From contig NC_043010.1 in assembly GCF_006345805.1 (NCBI RefSeq), positions 39,184,001 through 39,248,000 of the forward strand: a stretch of 64,000 nt of DNA, given 5' to 3'. This DNA comes from Octopus sinensis (lineage: Eukaryota). This document shows positions 25,699-39,303 of this stretch, in pieces. Every line of letters starts with the position of its first letter. Position 1 is the stretch's first letter. The translations under genes and the position numbers were made by a program. The notes under the pieces are model-generated. The model searched no databases. It saw only the letters and a program-made list of their open reading frames with translations, and was not told the DNA's origin.

Positions 25699-26397
25699 AT
25701 ATATATAATCGGCGATAAAGCATGCTAACACCGGTTGACAAGCAATCATGAAGGACGAACACAGACACACATACATTACACACATGCGTTTATAGGTATA
25801 TATATACGACGGTCTTATTTCAGTTTCCGCTAGCCAGATTCACTCAAATGGCTTTGGTTAGCTGAACATTAGAGTAAGAAGAACATCAGGTAACAGTACT
25901 TTTCCGTAGTTGGAAATATCTATCACGTAAATCTGTTAATACATCGTATTTCCACATACGTTTAATTTCAAACGAAAATATGTGATATTCCGTTATAATT
26001 GTGGCTGCTCAATTTGCCCTTTCCTTATATCCCAATTTTAATAAGTTGGATTATTGTGATAAAACATAACTTGAATATTCAATTAACAGAGTTAAATGTA
26101 CAATTCAAGTTGTGTTAACATCGTCTCTTTTATATCTTCGAGTTATCAGGAATTGGAATTAAAACGAAAATTGATACCATAAAACTAATATAATAAATAA
26201 TGGAAATCCAAAAGACAAAAAAAAAACATAAGTAGCACAAATATAAACGAAATACGATTTAATTGATTTTGTCCACAGAATCTCAACTCTGTGAACAGCA
26301 TAACTCCAACGTAATTATCTCAATGGCTTAGCTCTCTCTCTCTATTTCATTCTCTCTCACTCTCTCTCTCTCTCTCCACTCACACACAAACACACAC

Positions 26398-26444
<47 letters not shown>

Positions 26445-27779
26445 ATATATATAAAATATATATATGTATATATATATACATATGACTGTGTGTATGTATC
26501 TATGTAAATACATATGTATGCATACCCAAACATACACACTTATACGTACAAACCTATATATTCATATATTATTTGTATTACAATAGACGCTACATTAAAG
26601 CAATTAATGCATGTCTCTAGCAGCCGTTAGTAGTACATTCTGTATGTTATTTGTTCCCCTATATTTCATTCTTTTATACTTTTGAGGCAGTTTATTTTAC
26701 ATAAATCTTCAATTATTTGGCGTTCTATTTTTCGCATAAACTTTATGTAACAACGTGTATTATAATAATGAAACGTATATTAACCAATTAAAATCCTGAA
26801 AGTGTTAAATGCGTATAAAAAATAAGGAAAACTAATTATTAATTATATGAAAACTGAAATATCTCGTGCATAGGTTTTATTTCAAGTTGAAAACCTATCA
26901 ATTTTACTGACACAACTAATGTAGTCTCCATATTTACGGCCTTCAAATGGCTCCAATCTGATTTTCCAGAAATATTTTTCAAATAAAAATTTCCTATGAA
27001 AAGTAAATCAATGTTAACAGAGATATTAGTGTATCTGATATGAACCAAATTGTAACCGTTCTATTAGAGCGGCGAATGGCATGAGCGAGTTTCGATCCTA
27101 AGTATATTTTAATGCTCTTTTTCATATTGTCCCCAATTTTATCACTAAGATGAAAATGTAGGGATTGTTTAAGTAGCAAACATTCACTAGCTTTCAAATA
27201 ATGACACGGGATCAGAAATTTCTGGAGGGTGGGTGAATCGATTACATTAAGCCCAGTGCTCAACTAGTAATTATCTTATCGACCCCGAAAGGTAAAGTCA
27301 ACTTTGGTGGAATTTGAACTTAATTCAAAAAGGCGGATAAAATGTCTATAAACATTTTGTACGGTGTGCTAACGATTTCACCAGTTTACGCTAAATACAG
27401 AATATTAATATTTACTTGTGATAGCAAGAAATTTCCAATGGAATGACAATTTATAATTTCTGATAATTCATTTTAAATCCTGATAGAAAAGAAGTAATAG
27501 GTTTAATGGATCTATTACAACTACGAAAAGTATAAACATTTCAATAGTCATGTCGCTATCCAATACAGGATACATCATTGTATATATTGCAAAATGATTT
27601 TCAGAATTTCCTATGTATTGGCTCCCTTACGTACGTAAACCTTTAACCGCTAATCGAGCATAGACCATTGAAGATATGTCCCCATATTTCTGCTTCTCTT
27701 TAGTTAGATCTCTGCTTTCGCAGATCTTCCTCAGTATTCCGCCGTTAGATTTCTTTCGTCTGGGTGTCTCTTCTAATAA

Positions 27780-28093
27780 CATTTTTTTATGCGCCCTTTT
27801 CAAGCCTAGCCAGGCTCATGGGCGCGGTTTCCCGGTTTCTCTGGCGTATGTGTTCCCCCCAGCTGGTCGGGACGCCAGACCATCACAGCGTTACTCAAAA
27901 AACAAGAAGAGAGAGTGAGAGAAAGTTGGGCCGAAAGAGTACGACAGGGATCGCTAACACCCCCTGCCGGAGCCTCGTGAAGCTTTTAGGCGTTTTCGCT
28001 CAATAAACACACACAATGCCCGGTCTGGGAATCAAAACCGCGATCCACCGACCACGAGTCCGTTGCTCTAACCACTGGGCCATTGCGCTTCCA
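27780..28093 (-). mobile_element. tRNA-headed SINE with family D core and family C tail
   Basis: Head tgtggaagcgcaatggcccagtggttagagc; core shared with 36.8-36.96 kb; tail gagtaacgctgtgatgg.ctggcgtccc...catgagcctggctaggctt.aaaagggcgcat shared with 50.5-51.0 kb. Confidence 0.85.
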
Positions 28094-28531
28094 CATTGTT
28101 TATATTTTTCTATAAATAATTAATTGATTCACGTTGTATTTAGTACCTCTATCTAAACAACAAAGTGCAATAATTCTCATAAATTTTCGTTTTGTAAAAT
28201 TTCTTCTTCAACTCAGAATTTATTACCTCATTCCTTTTGTATAATGAAAAAGAAAATAATTTGCAAAATCTAATCTCTCGTTTCTTGAAGATACAATTAT
28301 AGGTAATATTACTTTGACATGTTATTTATTATAGTGAATGATTATTAATATAATTCATTTCATGTTGGAAAATATCTATTTCAAGCTTAACTTTTAGGGA
28401 AACACTAGAACAGAAGAATTAAAGATATCTATATAATAATAACCGATATAAATGTTGGTTGGTTGGTTGGTTGGTTGATTGACTGGCTGGTTGGTTTATC
28501 CAGTCATGCTTTGTACGTATATAGCTATGTA

Positions 28532-28761
28532 AGGCGGCGAGCTGGCAGAAAAGTTAGCGCGCCGGGCGAAATGCTTAGCGGTATTTCGTCTGTCGTTACG
28601 TTCTGAGTTCAAATTCCGCCGAGGTCGACTTTGCCTTTCATCCTTTCGGGGTCGATAAATAAAGTACCAGTTTCGCACTGGGCTCGATGTTATCGACTTA
28701 ATCCCTTTGTCTGTCCTTGTTTGTCCCCTCTATGTTTAGCCCCTTGTGGCTAGTAAAGAAA
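28532..28761 (+). mobile_element. SINE family B, full length
   Basis: Matches the B consensus end to end. Confidence 0.93.
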
Positions 28762-29459
28762 TACAGATAGAGGGAGAGAGAGAGAGAGCGAGAAGCAGAG
28801 ATGGTAAAAGAGAGGGAGAGAGAAAAATTAACGTATGAGGTGCAGAATAAATGCCCATGCTAGGCGTGGTGACAGGCAATGAATAAAACTCTATATACAC
28901 AGTGAGAAAGAAAGAGAGTGGCAGAGGAGGAGAAAGAGGGCGAAGATGAAGCGGAGAAAGAATAAATAACAAATTAGTTATGAAAAGATTTATACAAAAT
29001 TGCAATTTCCCGTTGATATCACAGAACCGTTAGCGAACCGTTAGAACGTCGGAGAAATTTGTTACCATAATTTCTTTCGAGTCTTTACGTCCATTTCATC
29101 AATTTGCGATCGACTATTCAATGTACCACTCTAGTACGGAGGTGAATATAATCGACTCTGATACTTTTCATAAAATTACAGGCGTTAGACTAAAATTTGA
29201 AACAAAATTTTAATTTTATTGATAAAATAAAATTAAGATTGTATTTTAAAAAATATGCTTCGTTTGAAAATCATTATTTCGTAATTTTATTATAACTGAG
29301 AAATTTGATGAAAGTTAAATTCTAATAATTGTACACACAAATAATTTTTCCCGATAGCGTGGTAAAACTACATCAAAAACCAAGCATCGTGGGACGGTTT
29401 ATAGACTATAGGAACGTAAGAATAACTTGCTTGAGCAAGTGCTGTCAATCGAAAGATCC

Positions 29460-29520
29460 ACACACCTGACGTCATTATGTTTCAGTTGTTATCTGAAAAG
29501 AATGCGAAACGTTTCGGGAT
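29460..29520 (+). ncRNA. Decayed hammerhead-like motif
   Basis: CTGACGT-catt...ttcag(ttgttat)ctgaa...aatg-c-GAAAC-GTT; A9 altered and stem I poor. Confidence 0.3.
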
Positions 29521-30953
29521 GTTCGTTTCGAAGAACTTAGTGTACCGCGGCCTCCTCGTTTATATTAATCCCAGCATATTACATCAACTGCAGTGAATCT
29601 AAAACCATTTTCATTCACAGGTGGCTATGTAAACATTGTTTACTTTAGCATCTCTTTTGGCGAAGAACTATTGTCACATAATTGATAGAAAAAGCTTCAG
29701 TTGCAACATTTTTCAGTTTACCGATTTTTCTCTCCTGGTAGTATTTCCTCACCTTTGGCCGCCAGAGGACCTACATCCTTTCGACCTCTACTTACACTTC
29801 TTGTTTTAATGTATCTTCAGCCCTACGCCTGTAGAATTTTCTTACAGCACTTCTTGTTTTCGTAGCCGCTTCCAAATATCCTCTATATTCCTTTGTGCCA
29901 TTCCTATTTCAGGTCCAGATTATTTTCTTGAATATCCATGTTCCATTCATGTCCTATTCTTCTTCATCTCGTGCAGCCATGATATTTATTTCTGTTCACC
30001 TTCCTAATTCTGCAAAAACGCAATTAGTAGACCTGTACAGTCAATCTTTCATAACGTCCATAGTTTTTCCCAGTGTCAGTTCGTCTCTCCTAACAGTCCT
30101 CTTTTCTTTCTAAGGTATCTTCCAGTTTCTCCAGGTTGTCAGTGATATCCACCACAAGTATAAGAAATACTGACCAATTTTATAGATAACGTCCAATTTT
30201 ATCTCTACACTGATATAAATCACAACGAAAATATCCTCGCCCTATGCAATTTACTTATAACTTACTGGCCTTCGTCGATAAGAATGAGATTAACGAAAGT
30301 AGTTTTACTATATACAGTATGAACTGCGGCATTTCTGTCCACTGTAAGACTATTAATTTAATCAATCAGATATTAATCTATTTTTACTATGATATATTGC
30401 TAATCATCAATTTCTGTATAGATCACGTAGCCAATTACACCAATTCTGTTCAATTTGGCAAGCTTCAAGGAATGACAATAAAGAGACCCGTATATCAATG
30501 TATGATTCACTCAAATCGTGTATCCGACCATCCAGTTCTAATCTATGATTCAATCTGTGATTTAAGCGTGGTCTAACAAGCGCTCACCGCTTTTATAAGA
30601 CAACGCCGCCATACCTTTCGTTAATGAACTGCAATCTTCAACAAATAGCTCCCTCCTGACAGTTTATGATAACAGTAATGTCTTAAAAGATTCATAAACG
30701 TGATAAAATGAGTCATTATCTTTGGTAATTGGTGTCGGGTTATAACTTGCAAATGAAGACAAATTTTAAAAAATGAAATAAAGGCATAATGTGAAAACGA
30801 ACCGAAAATCCTTTATTTCTGCCTAAAGAATTATAAGGTGTCATTAAATATATGAAAAGAAAGGAACACTATCAGAATCAATAAAAATACACCAACCCAG
30901 ATATATAGCTTAATCATGACCAAATTTAATTATAATATTTATGAGATACGCGT

Positions 30954-30995
<42 letters not shown>

Positions 30996-31019
30996 ACATA
31001 CATACAAACAAACGCACAC

Positions 31020-31382
31020 TCTTTTACTCTTTTAAACTTTTACTTGTTTCAGTCATTTGACTGCGGCCATGCTGGACCACCGCCTTTAGTCGGGCAAATC
31101 GCCCCCAGGAATTATTCTTTGTAAGCCTAGTACTTGTTCTATCGATCTCTGTTGCCGAATCGCTAAGTTACGGGAACGTAAACACACCATCATCGGTCAT
31201 TAAGTGATGTTGGGGGTGTGTGTGTGACAAACACAGACACACAAACATACACAAACATATATATTTATATACAACTAGGCTATAGTAGAAGATACTTGCC
31301 CAAGGTGCCACGCAGTGGGACTGAAGCCTGAACCATGTGGCTGGTAAGCAAGCTACTTACCACACAGTCATTCCTGCACCTA
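31020..31382 (-). mobile_element. SINE family A with internal deletion
   Basis: Tail, central block and head present; the cgacgggcttctttcag block is missing. Confidence 0.85.
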
Positions 31383-31699
31383 CATACATACATATATACA
31401 TTCATATATATATATACATAAACACACACAGGCACACACACACACATACACTCACACACACACATATATATATGTATATATATACATATATGTATGTATG
31501 TATGTATATATATGAAGGTGTGCATATGAAAATATATGCTTTATATAAAGATTTACATGCAAGCACATATACATTTATATGTCGTCAGCTCTACAACTTT
31601 GGTAAATGGTAATTGTGAGGCTTGGGTGTAGGCTACAAGATCTAATTTTGATCTCCACCACCGATGACTTCTGATGCAGTTGAAGTTATCTAACTAAAA

Positions 31700-32150
31700 A
31701 GAAAGACATGCTTCTCATGTGCACTTCCGTATTCTCTTTCATCTCTCCTCAATGGCTGGAATTTCGAGCTTCAGCGGTGTGTACCCATCATGGCACCACA
31801 GAGCCTTCTTCTTCTACGTGTCTGGAGAAATACCAGGTTCTTCAGATGCCCCTTCAGCACATCCCTATATTGCAACCTCTGGTCACCACGGCTCCGGCCC
31901 TGATGCACATCAGCCTAAAAAACTGGCTTCGGGAGCCTGCAGTCCTCTATCTTTGAAACGTGTCTCACCCAGTGCAGATGCGAAGAGGTAATGAGGACCT
32001 CCACACAAGCTGCACCAGCATGGCACAGGACCTCTACAGCAGGAATGCGACACCGCCATCCGATGGAGTGGGGATGGAGCAAATTTGGATGGTAGACAAG
32101 ACCGTAACAGGAACTTAAATTACCGCTTGCGTCCATAGACTGGGGTAGCA
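31700..32150 (-). mobile_element. RTE-clade LINE 3' fragment
   Basis: WRCRIPAVEVL.HAG...VEVLITSSHLHWVRHVSKIEDCRLPKPVF*ADVHQGRSRGDQRLQYRDVLKGHLK, the RTE RT C-terminal signature. Confidence 0.85.
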
Positions 32151-33408
32151 CCTTGGGTATGTTCTATCAACCGATTTGCATCACGTTATATAACTTACAT
32201 CACACACACATATATGTAAGTATATGCATGTATGTGTATGTGCGTGTGTGTGCATATGTATGTGTGTGTACCATAATATGCTAGCAAAATGTTAACAAAT
32301 TCCCATAACAATCTCAGAATTGTAAAAAAAGATAATGACCTAACCAGTATTGGTCCTCTTTCGGAAAGGTGTTTGGAAACCAGGTATTCTATTACGTCCA
32401 CTAAAAAATTTCTCATATAGTCACTCACTACATTAATTAAATTCACCACACATTGACAAAGTTCGTGGCGAGGAACTCTCATTTCAAAATGAACTTTGAT
32501 ACAGATTTTCATTAGCAAAATTGACCCATCAACTTCATGGGAGGGATACTTTCTGAATCCATGTTGGCTCTGTAAAAACTTAAATTTAATGTTGTTTTAG
32601 TGTAGATTTCACATATTAATCACCCTTACCTCAAACATGAATTTAAAATTAGTGGTAGATCATTCAGGCGTAACTATGCGGATTTACTGGAAGGAATAGG
32701 TAACCGGGGATTTTGATTACATACTAATATCCATTTTTGTTTGATTACACGCCATGAAGTCAAGGGTAACTGGTTCTCGACTCTGTGTACTGTGAGGAAC
32801 TATTCTAATAGTAAACAGTTAATTAGGAAACATAATTAAGCAGGAATTGGGGGTACTTCAAACGATTGCACGATATAAATGAAAACAATACTAGTGTCAA
32901 CTGGTAATAGACTATTATTGACAAGCAAAGCAGCCCGGAATTGTTCCATACATACACGGCACTGGGCTAAGTTCTAAGTAGGTTCCTCTCACTTTCACCA
33001 TCATCAGCTGTCGTGGCCATCTATTTCCAGTCAGGATTACAAGAACTTTCTCTCGAAAGTAGGACGCTGTATTAATTTTACACGAAATTAATATAAAATA
33101 TATTACAATAACATTTTTTTACACGTAGTTATATGTATTGATAAAATATATTTTTTCCCTATTCATTACTTATGGTAAATGAAGAAAAGATTAACATGGC
33201 GTCATAAAAATTTTTAGCCTGATAGGGAAGATCTCATTTTATATTATACAAAATTACACGTAGGACATCTATCAGAATACCTATATAATGATGGCTTTCG
33301 TCTAGTAATACACAGGCACGCACGCACACATACACGCAAGTAAGCACATGCGTACACACAACGCACGCCCCCATCCACCCACATATGCCCACTCATATGT
33401 ATATATAG

Positions 33409-33441
<33 letters not shown>

Positions 33442-34247
33442 TGTATGTATGTATATATATATATATATATATACATGTGTGTGCGCGTGCGTTTACCGTT
33501 TCATTTATACACCTAATTCCTTGATTATGGCTAAGATATCATTCAATGTGCTAAGCAATTTTCTTCGCGAATTAATTTCTGTCATATGATTTCGAATTAT
33601 GTATGTATGTATGTATGTATGTATGTATGTATATGTATGTATGTATATGCATCTACGTATGTGTGTATGTATATATAGTCGTATGTATGTATCCATGTAT
33701 GCATATATATATATATATATACACACACAATTTGACGAAACCTATTTCTCAGCATGCGCTTCTAATGAAATGCTATTCAGGTTTGATTTATTACGGCTCT
33801 TGTGACTTGTCGTGATAGGCCTTAGGTTTGAGGTTCATTTACTGTAATATATTAGTGATTAACAAAGCCTAAGGCATAGTTAGGGATCATTGGCCTCAAA
33901 AAGCCAACTAAATTTTGTCCCACTAATGAGAGAAGCTTTACATGGGTCACTCAAATTTCTAGACATAGCCCCCAATGATCTGTAAAACTCAAACATTTTC
34001 CTTTAATATAATAGAATTTGAATAATATAATCTGGGTTACACTCTCTGCTCTGTCTGTTTGCCTGCCTGTCTCTCTCTCTCTCATACTGTTTTAATTGCT
34101 TCACTTATTGGACAGCGCCCCTGCTGGTGCACCGACTTTAACAGTTTAGTGTAACAAAGTATATGCTTGTTTCCTACATTGTCCTTTAATTTTACTGAAC
34201 GTAAATGAACCAATATCAGTGTATGGGAATATACACAAATATATTCA

Positions 34248-34279
<32 letters not shown>

Positions 34280-34327
34280 CATCTATCTGTCTATCGCTCT
34301 CTCCCTCTCTATCTCTCTCTCTTTCTC

Positions 34328-34369
<42 letters not shown>

Positions 34370-34582
34370 CACATATATGATTGCATAAATAGATATATAC
34401 GTACATAACTACAAGTCACTGGTCGGCCCAAAGCTATAGTAGAAGATACTGGCCCACGAAGAGATGCTGTAAGACGGAATTCGAAGTCACATGAATCACG
34501 TTGTTGCGAAGTAAAATTCCTCACCGCACTCTCATACCTATGATTGTCTGTGTAAAAAACAAACATCGAAATAGAACAGTCT

Positions 34583-34990
34583 AGGCGCACGAGTGGCTGT
34601 GTGGTAAGTAGCTTGCTTACCAACCACATGGTTCCGGGTTCAGTTCCACTGCGTGGCACCTTGGTCGAGTGTCTTCTACTATAGCCTCGGGCCGACCAAA
34701 GCCTTGTGAATGGATTTGGTAGACGGAAACTGAAAGAAGCACGTCGTAGTTATGTATATATATATGTATGCGCATGTATGTTTGTGTGTCTGGGTTTGTC
34801 CCCCTAGCATTGCTTGACAACCGATAGTGGTGTGTTTATGTCCCCATCACTTAGCGGTTAGGCAAAAGTGACCGATAGAATAAGTACTGGGCTTACAAAA
34901 GAATAAGTCCCGGGGTCGAGTTGCTCGACTAAAAAGGCGGTGCTCCAGCATGGCCGCAGTCAAATGACTGAAACAAGTAAAAGAGTAAAA
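34583..34990 (+). mobile_element. SINE family A, full length, young-looking
   Basis: A box tggctgtgtggtaag, B box gggttcagttcc, complete body and aagtaaaagagtaaaa tail. Confidence 0.94.
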
Positions 34991-35149
34991 ATAGAGAGAG
35001 TCTATCTACGGTGAGAATGTGATTTTATAGTAGGCTTTCTTGACTATTGTTAGCAGGTATTTTGTAATAAAAAAAAAACCCCCCGAAAGAATAGATTATT
35101 TACAATACTTTCCTTTGAAGGAAATTTGTCCTCATCTTGTTTGTTGTTA

Positions 35150-35194
35150 ACCCAACGTTTCACCTGACGTACCCTCCAGCCTTCATCAGGTGTC
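35150..35194 (-). ncRNA. Type-I hammerhead motif, canonical core
   Basis: acac-CTGATGA-a-ggctg(gagggtacgt)caggt-GAAAC-GTT-gggt; stems I and II each carry a mismatch that is paired in the other arm. Confidence 0.75.
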
Positions 35195-35270
35195 TTGGAG
35201 AAATTTCAAACCAGGGTTCTCATTCCTAAGGTATTCTTCGATGATACTATCATCATCATCATCATCATCT

Positions 35271-35325
<55 letters not shown>

Positions 35326-35413
35326 GATTATTATTATTATTATTATTATTATTAATATTATTATGATTATTATTATGATTATTATTATTAATATTATTAT
35401 GATTATTATTATG

Positions 35414-35477
<64 letters not shown>

Positions 35478-35552
35478 CGGCCACTGCTTGGAATCGAACT
35501 CGGAATCTTAGGGTTAGTAGCCAGCTGTCTTAACCTCTACGGCATATGCCCG

Positions 35553-35591
35553 TGATGAAGGCTGGAGGGTGTATCAGCCGAAACGTTGTGT
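35553..35591 (+). ncRNA. Inverted hammerhead copy truncated at C3 of the core
   Basis: TGATGA-a-ggctg(gagggtgtat)cagcc-GAAAC-GTT-gtgtt; perfect stem II, lacks C3 and the 5' strand of stem I. Confidence 0.7.
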
Positions 35592-36258
35592 TAACAGCAA
35601 ACAAGATGAGGATAAATATCCATCGAATGTGAAAAAAAAAATGTTTAAAATATAGAACTGCCAAAGCAATAAGTTTGTCAACATGGGCAAATGTCTCTCC
35701 CGCTGTAGGCAGTGGCGTCCAATAATACCTTGTGACTGAATTTGATGGGCAGAAACAACTGTGTGGAAGACAAATCAACGTCGAACGTCAAGCGGACGGG
35801 ACACAAACACAAAGAGATCCGCGCACACTCACACATACACACACACACATACATACACGCACAAACATATATTCTCTAGACATACAGACACACGCACAAA
35901 CACATACAGACGCATACATTCAGATACACACGTTTACACAGAAAAGCACATACACACTCACAAATACTAATGGCTTCCACACAGTTCCCGAATTATTCAC
36001 TCACAACACTTTGCTCGACCAAGGGCTATAACTGAAAACATTTCTACAAGTATTTCGCAGGGGACTGAAACCAAAATCATGTAACCGCGAAGCACAGTAT
36101 GTCTTACGGGGAATAACATCTCCAACAACATAATTTAATAAGTTCTTTCTTTTCTTGGACGACAGCCTTTCATTTCTGATAGGCATACCACTTACAGATT
36201 CTCTATATTTGTTAAGTGAACCGGCATTTGAAATAAATAACTTCAAACTCCATGAAGT

Positions 36259-36545
36259 ATATGGAGCAAATTCTGTTCAAGTGAAAGTCAAATTTTAAAC
36301 ATACAAATTTGAGGCTATATGCATATGTTTGAAGGAAACAATTTTACAGCCCCTCGGGTATACGGAGCCAATCCTGCTCAAGTGGAATTTCAGTTTTGAA
36401 CGTAGATATACGAGGCCGCATGCATATATTTGAGGGGAATAATTTTATAGCCCCATGGGTTATATGGAGCAAATCCTATTAAAATGGAATTTGAATTTTG
36501 AACGTAGAAATATGAGGCAACATGCGCATATCTGAGGGGAATTTA
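36259..36545. repeat. Degenerate minisatellite, 102-bp period, about 2.8 copies
   Basis: Units start tatggagcaaatt (36259), tacggagccaatcc (36361), tatggagcaaatcc (36463). Confidence 0.88.
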
Positions 36546-36789
36546 TTGAAGGTGAGATCAAAATTTATGTCATCTATAATATTGATTTCCAGTATAAATT
36601 CAACAGGATTATATCCATTTCATTATTTATTATATATAATCCCAAAAGATGAAAGGCAAATACGATGCCGTTTGGTTTTGAACTTAGAAAGTAAAGTGAT
36701 GGAATTTAATTTTATATCATATTTTAATCCGTAAATTCTGATTTTACTATACCCAGTAATAATAATAACAGTTTCCGATAATAACAATA

Positions 36790-36960
36790 CGTACAGCAAC
36801 AGCCGCAACAGTGGTCGTAAGAACGCCATTTCGATTCCCAGACCGGGCATTGTGAGTGTTTATTGAGCAAAAGCTCCACGACGCTCCGGCGAGGCGGGGT
36901 GGTGAACCCCGCTGTACTCTTTCACCACAACTTTCTCTCACTCTTTCTTCCTACATCTGC
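36790..36960 (+). mobile_element. SINE family D partial copy
   Basis: ttcgattcccagaccgggcattgtg.gtgtttattgagc.aaa...gtactcttt...caactttctctcactct, as at 27.9-28.05 kb. Confidence 0.8.
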
Positions 36961-37198
36961 CACGAAGCAGAGGAACTATGGTGCAACCCACTATGTTGTA
37001 GTATACTTTCAGACCATAGTCTAGATTACGAATCCTCTGTACCCCAGGATGGTTCAGCTCTACACCCGTTAAAAGCCACCGTTTACGGAATGAGGATAAC
37101 AACGTAGCTTTTGCCGTGGATCTTCAAGTTGCCACACGCTTAGAGTAAGCTCCAATTAGAAATTATTCTTTGTGGCTAATGGCGTGAGTCCTAATTGG

Positions 37199-37325
37199 AA
37201 GAAGAAGAAGAAGAAAAGAAGAAGAAGAAGAAGAAGAAGAAGAAGAAGAAGAAGAAGAAGAAGAAGAAGAAGAAGAAGAAGAGAAGAAGAAGAAGAAGAA
37301 GAAGCAGCAGCAGCATCAACAACAG
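37199..37325. repeat. (GAA)n grading into (GCA)n
   Basis: Direct reading; explains the poly-R/poly-L ORFs. Confidence 0.97.
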
Positions 37326-37611
37326 AAGCGATATATAATAACAATGGTTTCAAATTTTGGCATTTGGCTTGGAATTTCGGGGGTGGAGGCAAGTTGTTTG
37401 CATCGAACTCAATATGTGATCTAATAGGAAATAGTGATGTTGTTTACGATTAGATCAGTCCTCCGCAGCGCATTTGTTTTATCGGCCACGAAGTGATTAA
37501 ATGCGAAGTCGACTTCGTCGGTATTTGAACTCAGAACGTAAAGACGTGCGAAATACCACTAATTATTTTTTTGCCCAACGTGTTAACGACTCTGCCCGCT
37601 CCTCGCCTTGA

Positions 37612-37775
37612 TAACGCTGACGATGATAATGATGAGAATGATCAAGATGATGATGATGAGGATGATAATGATGTTGCTGAGGATAATGAGGAGGGGGAGG
37701 GAGCGGATCATCATCATGGTGTTGGTGGCAGTGATGATGATGAAGATGATGATGATAATGACGAAGATGATATTT
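37612..37775. repeat. Degenerate (GAT)n
   Basis: Direct reading; explains the poly-D ORF. Confidence 0.9.
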
Positions 37776-39252
37776 TATAACTTAGACAAAATTAATACAC
37801 ATATACAAGACACACATCATATGTAGATCATAAGAGAGGATTAAGAGGCAGAAACACAAGAACGAAATTTTAAATTACTTATGTATTGAGTCACGCCCAT
37901 TTATGTTCGAAGTATAAAAATATTGCCAAGGTTATCTTTCACTTAAATCATTCAGGCGTTTATAAAATAAGTATGATTCAAGTAGCGGGTCGATAGAATC
38001 GGCTATAAGTGCCCATCACCCAAAGTTGTGACCCCGTGGGTATATGAAACATAATAATCCATAAAGTGCGTAATCTGTTGAGAAACAGGATGATATCCAA
38101 AGATACTTGCGTAAATAAGTTCAATATATTGATTAAAATATTAACTAAAGAAAAAAATTATAATTATCAGTTCGTACAGGAATATAATGTGGGAAAAAAA
38201 GCAGAAATTAATGATGTTTATAATCTATACTTTCCTATAACATCTGGACAATGATTTTTAGGGCATATATAAGAGTGTGCATGCAAGCATGTTGCAATAT
38301 GAAAACATATTTATAGATAAATGAATAGGTAGATAGATAGATAGATAGATAGATAGAGTGCGTAAATAAAATACATATAGATAAATTATAAATTACATAT
38401 AAACAAATACAGATACACACACACACAGGCACACACGCACGCACACAGAGGCTCACACAGATACACATGTATGGATATACGTGACAGTGTGGGAAGAAGC
38501 TCGCTTCCGAACTGCAGGGTTCAGGGTTTAGTCCCACTACGTGCGACCATGGGTGTCTTTTATTATATACCTCTGGGCCGATCAAAGCCTCGTGGTTGGA
38601 GGCTGAAAGAGGCACGTGGTATCTATATACATACATATATACATACATACATACATACATACATACAATCACACATACACACACACATACACACACACAC
38701 ACACATATATATATATATTTATATATATACACATATATATATGTGTGTGTGTGTATATATAATTAAAAAATGGGGTCAACAAGAAGGGATAAAATTGGAC
38801 ATTTACTTTTTAACCCCTACAATTGTTTCCACACAACGTAATGCTCTAGGTGTGCAGGTCCTTGATTATACAACTGTTTTCCTGCGTTAGTTGTGTTTCC
38901 TCGGGCGATTCGTAAATACTGTCTCTGTAATTTTAAAATTCTCGACTTCAAGAACATCCTACCTGTCTGTCATGGTCTGAATTTATTAGTAATCACTGAG
39001 CTTTGCTTGTATTCACTAAACTTGTCAGAATGTTTTGCTCCTGAAGGGCCGTTGGCAAACTACATTGAATGACTATATAATCTGGGATGATGATTCTGGT
39101 TCTGTCAAAGTGGTTGTCGTTTTAAAGGGATTGGTATTTTATTTCTTTGTACTGGTGATTTGTTCTTCATGGTTGGTTATACATGCGATTGCGCTTTATG
39201 ATTCAACGTTCGGACACGTACACGCATACACAAACAGACACACCATATATAT

Positions 39253-39303
<51 letters not shown>

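Larger units (their letters stand above)
35124..35617 (-). mobile_element. Composite element: tRNA-derived head + (AAT)n + hammerhead, bracketed by 65-bp inverted hammerhead arms
   Basis: Arms 35124-35188 and 35553-35617; minus-strand head 35550-35476 (ggcatatgccgtagaggttaag...gagttcgattccaagc); (AAT/GAT)n about 35245-35476. Confidence 0.85.

Noticed and set aside
29650-30240. Possible LINE endonuclease relic on the minus strand
   Set aside because: Only vague motif resemblance with many stops; not enough to call.
32985-33010. Minus-strand CTGATGA-tggt-GAAA
   Set aside because: No stem II, stem III or cleavage triplet.
34110-34135. CTCF-like cagcgcccctgctgg
   Set aside because: One C short of the motif, and it aligns with a decayed SINE A tail.
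36960-37110. SSVPQDGSALHPL resembling the RT GVPQGSVL.P motif
   Set aside because: Single short motif with no supporting RT domains nearby.
38830-39200. Possible Penelope RT N-terminal relic (QLTQENSCIIKDL)
   Set aside because: One weak motif; too decayed to support.
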